Of a DNA stretch of 64,000 bases, positions 57,084-64,000 are shown in pieces. The notes beneath the pieces are model-generated. The model searched no databases and was not told where the DNA came from. It saw nothing but the letters and a program-made list of their open reading frames with translations. Source of the stretch: a virus. The position numbers and the translations under genes were made by a program. Location: positions 28,832 to 92,831 of IMG/VR virus record IMGVR_UViG_3300036790_000551; one strand, 5' to 3'. The first letter of the stretch is position 1. Every line of letters starts with the position of its first letter.

Positions 57084-57431
57084 TCATTTGCCCCACCTCC
57101 GCAACGCCTCGTAACTCGCCTCCATGCTCTGAAGGGTGAGCGGCAGGCCACCGCTCTTGACCGCTTGGGCATGGAAGAGGGCGTCCTCGGCCCAGTCGTC
57201 CCATTCGTCGTAGAAGCGACGCTCGGCCTCCAGTATCTCCTCAGCCGAGCATTCCTCTCCGAGGCTTCGCATCTCCAGGTCGAAGAGCGCCTGTCGGGAG
57301 CACACCCTCGGCCAGTTGAAGTTGAGGTTCTCGACGGCCCACTTAATCGTGGCCGCCTGCGCTAGCGATTCAATCGTTGGATGCACGGCTCGCATGAGCA
57401 CGTCCCTCCAGTTCTCTTCCTCGGTCATCAT
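57084..57431 (-). CDS. VHPT...GLPLT family copy 1
   Basis: AVHPTIESL..WAVENL..WP ... GLPLTLQSME. Confidence 0.7.
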   Translation of the reverse strand: MMTEEENWRDVLMRAVHPTIESLAQAATIKWAVENLNFNWPRVCSRQALFDLEMRSLGEECSAEEILEAERRFYDEWDDWAEDALFHAQAVKSGGLPLTLQSMEASYEALRRWGK

Positions 57432-57445
57432 TGCTTCCTCCCATC

Positions 57446-57468
57446 GGAGGCCGGACCCGCCGGCCTCC
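57446..57468. terminator. 9-bp GC hairpin between genes
   Basis: GGAGGCCGG-acccg-CCGGCCTCC. Confidence 0.4.
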
Positions 57469-57484
57469 TGTGGGTTGTGAGACC

Positions 57485-58249
57485 CTATAGCAAGGGTATC
57501 AGGGAGTCGCTCGCCAGCAGTTCGATGGCCTTGGCCACGGCGTCGGGCTCCGGAGGCAGCCAGGAGGCGATTTTTCCGTTCCTGAAGCCGGGACTCTTGG
57601 CTCCCGGGATTGACTCCGGAGGCAATGTGGAGTCCACCCTTCCGACCGCGAGTTTACCCTTCGAGATGTAGACTCGATGTCCGTTCCTCACGCTCTCGAG
57701 TTTTACGAAACTTGAGCCCGCCGTCACCCGAACCCTTTGCACGGAGCGTGAGAGCGCTCCCTCTAGCGCATCCATGAACGCATCGAACGACATCCTATCG
57801 CCGCGCGGATTCGGTCGGGCCTTCGGCGGGGCCGCCGGCGTCTTCCCATCGGTCTCCTCGAGGAGAGAGAGGGCCACTTCGGCCTGTGATATTACCTCTT
57901 CGATATTTGCGAGCACGTCCCGTGCTGTGATGGAGTTGCGTTGGATGCTCACAGCGAAGGAGTTTCCGACCCGGGTTACACGAGCGGTTGACTTACCCAT
58001 TGGTTTCACGTTGACCACAGCCACCTGTCTCTTTGTCTGGCCTTTCGATACAGCGAGTTGTTTTTCATATGAACGAGGAGCATCCCCGCCCACCAGGCCA
58101 CCCCTCAGTAGACGTAACGCAGTCAGCCTGCCAATGGCTGAAGCACCGACCCTGAGGACCCTTTGTTTTTCCGTCCAGTCAACGAACGGAACAGCGGAAC
58201 GACCGACCACACAGGAGAGGAAAGAAGGCCGGTCGTTCCTGGGTTCCAT
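57485..58249 (-). CDS. Early NGxI-family paralog B (C-terminal domain)
   Basis: SFVKLE..GHRVYISK..GRVDSTLP ... NGKIASWLP. Confidence 0.7.
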   Translation of the reverse strand: MEPRNDRPSFLSCVVGRSAVPFVDWTEKQRVLRVGASAIGRLTALRLLRGGLVGGDAPRSYEKQLAVSKGQTKRQVAVVNVKPMGKSTARVTRVGNSFAVSIQRNSITARDVLANIEEVISQAEVALSLLEETDGKTPAAPPKARPNPRGDRMSFDAFMDALEGALSRSVQRVRVTAGSSFVKLESVRNGHRVYISKGKLAVGRVDSTLPPESIPGAKSPGFRNGKIASWLPPEPDAVAKAIELLASDSLIPLL

Positions 58250-58815
58250 TAGCGACCGCTACCCTGTGCCTGACCCGGAGCCAGGCGGGGACGAAGCGGA
58301 CCGGCCGTCACCAGGAGGCGAATCGCCTCCGAGACAATCTCGGGGTCCGCCGGGAGGCGGGAGGCAATCTTTCCGTTGCTGCCGACCGGGACCGCCTCGG
58401 CGCCTTCGATTAACTCGGGGGCCAGTGTGGTCTCGACCCGGTTCACGAGCGTCTTGGTCTTGGTGATGTAGATTCGCTGTTGGGTCGGTCCCTCGATTTT
58501 GACCCAACCGGCGTTCTCGCTCACATGAATCGCGGGACCTGCCTTCTTGATGGCGGAATCGAGGGCCGCCATGAAGGCCTCGAACGCCATGGGCGCTCCC
58601 GGGGGAAGCGCGGGTCCCCGGCGCCCGCCGCCGGTGGCGGTCCTGGCCACGACCGGAGTCTGGCTGGCGGACGGCTGGTCCATGCCCTCGATTCCCGCGG
58701 CCACGACCTCCGCGGCGGCTCCCGCGGCCTCCGCGGCCTTCACGGCGGCCTCGGCGGCCCGAGTCAGGTCCTCGCGGGTCGGCTTCCGACCCCGGGTGTT
58801 ATCGTTCCTTGCCAT
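58249..58815 (-). CDS. Early NGxI-family paralog C
   Basis: GWVKIE..QQRIYITK..NRVETTL ... NGKIASRLP. Confidence 0.7.
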   Translation of the reverse strand: MARNDNTRGRKPTREDLTRAAEAAVKAAEAAGAAAEVVAAGIEGMDQPSASQTPVVARTATGGGRRGPALPPGAPMAFEAFMAALDSAIKKAGPAIHVSENAGWVKIEGPTQQRIYITKTKTLVNRVETTLAPELIEGAEAVPVGSNGKIASRLPADPEIVSEAIRLLVTAGPLRPRLAPGQAQGSGR

Positions 58816-58876
58816 ACGGTGCACACTTTCGTTGGGGTTTCGGTCGGCCTATCACAACATGACCAACCATAAGGAC

Positions 58877-58905
58877 ATTTTAACACCACAGTTTCGCAGA
58901 GTACA
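58877..58905 (-). promoter_or_regulatory. Extended -10 sigma70-type promoter
   Basis: TGTACT-17-TAAAAT with TG extension. Confidence 0.45.
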
Positions 58906-59602
58906 CACGGAAAACACACGCGGTTGTTTTCCTGGAACACTCAGCGGTTCTTGTACGCCACCAGCGCCCAGTGGGCGTGACGGGTGTGGGCCTTGACCCG
59001 CGTCTTTTTGATGTGAACCCTGCGGTAACCCCAGCCGTCGGCGAGCCGCTGCTCGAGGCGGTTCCGTGCCGCGATGAGTTCCGCGATTCGCTTCTCGAAC
59101 TGCCTGGCGGTGAGGCGGGTCTGCGGCCCGGGCTCGCTGAATCCCTTCTTCCTATTACTTCTAGTACTAGAAGTTCCCATAGAGCACCTCAGCCGCTGTG
59201 AGCAGCACCAAGAGGAAGAGCCCTGCAGCCGTGACCGCGGCTGCGATGACCGCCTCGTTATTGGGTCGTGACTTCATCGAGACCTCCCGTCTCAGCGCGG
59301 TCGATAGTTTGCTCACGTGGCCTCCCGCAGCAACGAGGCCGTGACGTTCCAGCGGCAATTGGTGCCGTCCTGGATGACCTGCACGTTCACGCTCTTGATG
59401 CGCTCCACGACGCCGGTCTGCTTGAAGCCGTACCTGTCGTTCCATTCCACTCGCATGCCGACATGGAGTTGCCGCTTGCGTTGAGCGATTCGGGTCTCCC
59501 GGTTGTCATTGAAGGCGCGGCTCACTCGACGCGTGTCCTCCTCGTCGTCAAGCAGATGGATGAGGCGAACGAGAGTCGCCATGTCATCAATCGATAGTTT
59601 AC

Positions 59603-59884
59603 TCACATCTTCCTCCTTGTGTAGGGGTACGCCGCGGGGTTGCGGCGAATCACCGAGTTGAAGTATCGGCCGACGCTCTCGGCCATCCAGAGTTCCAGCC
59701 ACGTGGGGACCGAGACGTTGCGATAGACGTAGAGGAGCGTGGGGTCGGCCACGAAGACCGCATGGAGCCGCTTACGGCCCGGGTCATACCCTAGTTCCAA
59801 TAGGTTGGTGCTATGCAGCCGGACCCGGCCGGTCCGCATGAAGTGGGCGCAGACGGAGTCGTCCTTCGACGGCACGACATTCAC
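59603..59884 (-). CDS. KTSC domain protein
   Basis: STNL.ELGYD....L...F....YVY.NV..TW.EL..AESVGRYFN..IR. Confidence 0.85.
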   Translation of the reverse strand: MNVVPSKDDSVCAHFMRTGRVRLHSTNLLELGYDPGRKRLHAVFVADPTLLYVYRNVSVPTWLELWMAESVGRYFNSVIRRNPAAYPYTRRKM

Positions 59885-60231
59885 TTCCTCTGCTGGTTCG
59901 GCAGCCCTTGATAGAAGGCTAGTTCCATGCTCGCCATCGTCAGCGGCAGCCCCGCCTCCACCACGAACCCAGAGAGGTCTTTCGCTTCTTCAAGCCAGTG
60001 GCTATACTCGCCCTGGAGCGCCCGCTCGTGTTCCCTGAGTTCACGGGCACCCATGCTTCCCGTGCCGTCCATGTGACACTCGAGGAGTTGGTTCCAAGTG
60101 CTGGTTTCCGGCCAAGACTGGCCGAGGTTCTCGACCGTCCAACGAAGGGCCGAGGCCTTGACTAGCGCCTCGACGGTCGGGTGCACGACTGCCAGCAACC
60201 CATCCCGCCTCTTCTTGAAATGCTCGTGCAT
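59881..60231 (-). CDS. VHPT...GLPLT family copy 2
   Basis: VVHPTVEAL..WTVENL..WP ... GLPLTMASME. Confidence 0.7.
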   Translation of the reverse strand: MHEHFKKRRDGLLAVVHPTVEALVKASALRWTVENLGQSWPETSTWNQLLECHMDGTGSMGARELREHERALQGEYSHWLEEAKDLSGFVVEAGLPLTMASMELAFYQGLPNQQRK

Positions 60232-60349
60232 GTCAGGTCTCCTGTGTTTGTCTGAGTGAAACGGCGATTGGACCGGCCACCAAGCACCGGTCCTGTCTCC
60301 GAAACCCTCTCTCAGAGGAGCCTACGGGCCTCCACTTGGCGGCTTGCCG

Positions 60350-60817
60350 CTACTCCGCGGCCTGCTCCGTGGACTCCGGCGCTTCCGCGGCCGCCTTCGG
60401 GGCACGCTTCGGGGCCGGCAGGTTGCCGAACTGGTCCGACGCCAGCATGGCCAGGACCTCGCTCACGGTGTCCATGTCCGCCGGCACGTGGCAGGCGATG
60501 CGGCCGTTCGAGCCCGGGCCCTTCTCCAGTTCCTGGGCACCGGCGAGGACGCCGAGGAGGGGGAGGGTCGTGTCGACGCGCTTGACCTTGCGGGCCTGGA
60601 GCGCAATGTAGAGTTTGTGCCCCGTGGTTGCGTTCTTCACCTGGAAGTAACCCTTCTGCTGCTTCGTCTCGAGGCCGAGCGACTGGGCGTGGGCCGCGGT
60701 CGCCGCGATGAACGCCTCCCATGCCGGGGTCTTGGGCTCGGTCGGCTCGCTGCCGACGTCCGTCGATTCGATGTTGAGGTTCTCTTCGGTGCTGACGGTG
60801 TTCTCGATGTTCTCCAT
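60350..60817 (-). CDS. Early NGxI-family paralog D
   Basis: GYFQVK..TGHKLYIA..KRVDTTLP ... NGRIACHVP. Confidence 0.7.
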   Translation of the reverse strand: MENIENTVSTEENLNIESTDVGSEPTEPKTPAWEAFIAATAAHAQSLGLETKQQKGYFQVKNATTGHKLYIALQARKVKRVDTTLPLLGVLAGAQELEKGPGSNGRIACHVPADMDTVSEVLAMLASDQFGNLPAPKRAPKAAAEAPESTEQAAE

Positions 60818-60909
60818 TGTCGTTGTCCCTTGCTTTGTTGTTTCGTCGCTCTTGAATCTCTTGAGAGGGGCCGGCAGAATCGCTAACCCCTCATCAACTT
60901 TATACTTCT

Positions 60910-60938
60910 AATATAACACTTGGCATCTCTGATGTAAA
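60910..60938 (-). promoter_or_regulatory. Sigma70-type promoter
   Basis: TTTACA-17-TATATT with TG extension. Confidence 0.7.
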
Positions 60939-60969
60939 CTCGGAAAATCTTAATACTTCATCAATAGCG

Positions 60970-61185
60970 CTACGTTTTGCTCTTCACGTTGAAGCGCTTC
61001 CTGAAACTCACGCAGTCCCTGTTCCGGCAGTCGGCGATTTTCTCGGACCGCAGTTTCCGCCCGCAGTCCGGGCAGGTCGGGTACTCTCCCCAGTGAGGGA
61101 CGCAGACCCGACAGTCGTCCTGCATGCCGCCGACCTCGGGCGTGTGCGCCTGCCCGGAGCACTTGACCCAGACCGCGTCCCTCAC
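60970..61185 (-). CDS. Cys-rich zinc-binding small protein
   Basis: CRVC, CPDC, C...DC. Confidence 0.6.
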   Translation of the reverse strand: MRDAVWVKCSGQAHTPEVGGMQDDCRVCVPHWGEYPTCPDCGRKLRSEKIADCRNRDCVSFRKRFNVKSKT

Positions 61186-61720
61186 AACTCCTGCTCCGGG
61201 TCAAGCCAACCGGTGTCGCCGTCGTATTCGTCGACGCTCTTGAGGAACGAAACGTAGTCGTCGACGCTCTCTCCCTCGTCGTAGGCCTCGCGGGCCTCGT
61301 CACCGCGACAACGGAACAGGAAGTCGGCCGACGAGCCGATGCCCCTGTTCCTGACCCGCCCCGCGGCGGCCATGTCGCACACCACGGCGGCCGACCATGC
61401 GAGCCAGGTTAGGTTCCTTTTGTTGTTGAGTATCACGACTTCTCCGTCCGCTTCTTGACGAGAAGGTCGTACAACCCGGTCCGCTGTCGGAAGCGAATTC
61501 GGGTCCGATACTCCCCGTCCTCCTCGGTGATTGGCAGGCCGCTCTTCACGAGCGCGGCCATGGCTGCTTCATAGGTCGGAAACCCCGTCTTGGTCTTCTC
61601 GTCGTCGCGCTTGTAGAAGATTGAATCGCCCATTTTTCGTTGCTCCTGTTGCGGGTTACGGGCCCGCAATCGGAGGGCCGCGTCAGTGCGGCCGAAATAA
61701 CTTCAAGTAACGGCTCACCG

Positions 61721-62581
61721 CTACTTGACCAGCCCTCGCGCGATTGGTCGCACCTGCCACGGGGCACGGCTCAGCGGCGGCCCGAGTTTGGCACAGAACG
61801 TTTTGCAGACCCCAGGCAACTGGCCGCCCCCGGGTAGACCGCGGTCAGTCAGGAACTTGTTGATGTCACTCTGATTGGACAGCCAGTTTCGCTCTCTCAT
61901 CCAGACCAGAAATTGAGCGTCACGGTCGGTCAACTCATGCGCCAGCGGCGTCAGCGCGTCCATGACCCATTCCAGCACGGCCTTGACGCTGGCGCTGAGT
62001 CGAGCGAGCCAGTCACACATCAGTTGCGGGACCGCATATTCGGTCACCCACTCTCCATTTTTCCATTGAAAGACCGATTTGGAGCGTGAAAAATGGCGTG
62101 TCAGGCCGAACACCTGACAAATCGGAGAATATGCGTTGTCGAGTCGCCAGTCATATCGAAGTTCGCCACGGACTTGGTCGAGCCAGAGACGTGAAGTCTT
62201 AATCTCTAAGACCCTATGGAGGTCTCCGTCCTTCCATACCTTGTGCGTCTCTGCGACCCACCCCGCTTCCAGCCTCCGGGCCAACGCTTCGATGTAGACG
62301 GCGTGGAAGAGGGCGGCCTTCTCCAGTGACTTGGGCAGTTCCACGTGGACGGAGACCGTCTCCCACTTTGACTCGGGATTGATTAAGACCGTCTTGGCGG
62401 CGTCCGGAACGTACGGGTCGAAGGCCTGCACCGTCGGGTTGCCCTCGCCGAGCCAGTACGGGTTCTCAGAGAAAACGTCACCGGCCACCCGCACGCTCGC
62501 GGCGAGGTCGTTCATCATGGCTCGGGTCTGAGCAACGGCGTCCAGAAACCTGGGGTCGTTGCGGGAGTTTCCGCGGGCCAT
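61721..62581 (-). CDS. Hypothetical protein
   Basis: 286-codon ORF in the early block. Confidence 0.6.
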   Translation of the reverse strand: MARGNSRNDPRFLDAVAQTRAMMNDLAASVRVAGDVFSENPYWLGEGNPTVQAFDPYVPDAAKTVLINPESKWETVSVHVELPKSLEKAALFHAVYIEALARRLEAGWVAETHKVWKDGDLHRVLEIKTSRLWLDQVRGELRYDWRLDNAYSPICQVFGLTRHFSRSKSVFQWKNGEWVTEYAVPQLMCDWLARLSASVKAVLEWVMDALTPLAHELTDRDAQFLVWMRERNWLSNQSDINKFLTDRGLPGGGQLPGVCKTFCAKLGPPLSRAPWQVRPIARGLVK

Positions 62582-63427
62582 GGCTACTTGATTCTCACTT
62601 CGAAGACTTGGGCCTTGAGTTCGGCGACCGAGCCCTTGGCGAAGGGCGACCACCGCTCCTGTCCGTCCGGGCCGAGCCGCAGCACGTCCGTGTAGACCTG
62701 GACCTCGTTGCCGTTCCAGTACGAGTTGCGTTCGCTGACCCGGAACGTCTCGCCGGGAAAGCCGGCCAGGCAGAACGTCTCGGGAAAGAGGGCGCAGGCC
62801 TCACGGACGGCCTGTAGTTGCTCCTGGTGCGTCTTAAACACTCTTTGTGTCTCCTGTTTCGTCTGAGCGGAACTGCTCAAACGCAAGCGGAGCGACGGCC
62901 ACGGAGGCGCCGTCGATGTGTCTCAACCCACGTCAGGCTCGATGGGCATGATGACCGTGCAGCAGACCTGCATCACGAACCGACCCGGGTCCATGGCGAG
63001 CAACTCGGGTTCGTCCGGAAACGTGGCATCGGGATGCATCGCCGCCAGCACGGCCCGACCCTCCGCAGCGGCGGCCTCCAGTTGGGAGAGGGAGAAACTC
63101 GTCCCCTGGAGCGGACGCTCGGCGGAGTAGAGCACCTGCTGTCCGCAGCGATACAGGACCGCGACCTGCCACTGGCTCACGAACGCGCCTCCGCGATGCG
63201 ATAGGCGGCGTCCAGCGGCAACCCTCGCGGCATCCGAAGGACCATGGCCTTGCGACCGTTCTGTTCGTTCCAGAAGGCCGCGCACATGTCGTCGTCCAAT
63301 GACCCCGAGGACTTGGACCAGCGGCCGCCGAGCATCTCCCGGACCCGCTTGAGCGGCGAACCCTTCACGACCTCCTCGGTCCAAAGGGAGCGACGCGGAC
63401 ACCACTCCATCACGATGTGGATGTCGT

Positions 63428-63916
63428 TCATGGGGTCGCCTCCCCGCTGAGCCGCTGGCCCGCGTCCTCGGGAGTGACGTTGAGCATGGCCGCCAACTCG
63501 GCGGTCTTCTTAGCCTTCTCCTCGAGGATGTTCATGGCGTGCTGCTGGACCTCGATGAGTTGGGTCTCGGTCAACTGGCGCATGACGTCGGTCAGGTGGA
63601 CGACCAACTCATCGACGTTGATGTCCCTGACCATGTCCTTGGCCATTCGCATCTGCTGCTCCGGGTTGCATGCCTCGCCGAACTCATGGGCCAGCCACTC
63701 GGCCACCGCATGGTGCTCGTCATGGAGGTTGGCCGCCGTTTCCAGGCAGGCCCCGGCCATGTTGAGGAGACGACGTGCGCTGTACTCGTCGCCGTTCTGC
63801 TCGAACGCTTGGACCAAGAGGCCTTCGATGTCCTTTGCGCCGAGTTCCTCAAGGGCCAGTTCGATGATTTCGTCCGTCTCGAGGTCGATTTCGACTTCCT
63901 TCTGAATAGTCGCCAT
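63428..63916 (-). CDS. Acidic helical hypothetical protein
   Basis: AGGAG SD before MATIQKEVE. Confidence 0.6.
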   Translation of the reverse strand: MATIQKEVEIDLETDEIIELALEELGAKDIEGLLVQAFEQNGDEYSARRLLNMAGACLETAANLHDEHHAVAEWLAHEFGEACNPEQQMRMAKDMVRDINVDELVVHLTDVMRQLTETQLIEVQQHAMNILEEKAKKTAELAAMLNVTPEDAGQRLSGEATP

Positions 63917-64000
63917 TCGTTTCTCCTGTCTCGACGGCGGGATTGCCGTCGCGAGCGGAGGGCCGGACTTCCGCCGGCCGCTAAACATCACCTCTTAGTC

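Noticed and set aside
1-64000. Genome-wide stop-codon reassignment
   Set aside because: Conserved genes are full length in code 11; TAG (for example dnaE), TGA and TAA all end genes at expected positions
1-64000. tRNA genes and CRISPR arrays
   Set aside because: No cloverleaf or regularly spaced repeat-spacer series seen by eye; tRNAscan-SE and a CRISPR finder would confirm
1-64000. Host assignment (Myxococcota versus Actinomycetota)
   Set aside because: GC content, lipoboxes and leaderless motifs are not decisive; needs spacer matching or phylogeny

Overview
A 64 kb fragment of a large, GC-rich (roughly 60-65% by eye) dsDNA phage genome. No rRNA, tRNA, CRISPR array, integrase or major structural genes were recognised, and the host cannot be determined. 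Positions 1-46101 are a tightly packed, mostly plus-strand block for replication and nucleotide/sugar metabolism (DnaB-type helicase end, class II RNR, DnaE, ThyX, DinG-like helicase, Pth2, phosphoesterases, AAA ATPases). Positions 46103-64000 are a mostly minus-strand, early-type block of small genes with sigma70-like promoters and several paralog families. Main points: (1) a T4-style cytosine-replacement pathway (Asp-type dCMP hydroxymethylase-like enzyme, dCTPase-like, dNMP kinase, BGT-like glycosyltransferase) alongside a plant-RGP-like NDP-sugar pyranose/furanose mutase and CDP-glucose pathway genes, suggesting an unusual sugar-modified cytosine; (2) five paralogous small proteins with a W-x-x-S...C motif directly upstream of a nucleotidyltransferase-fold enzyme, a possible substrate-array plus modifier system; (3) near-absence of GATC and AGCT, except for AGCT in two apparently recently acquired patches; (4) a transposase-less cassette with terminal inverted repeats and a 6-bp flanking duplication; (5) two classes of apparently leaderless promoter motifs. 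All family calls come from reading motifs by eye, not from database searches.
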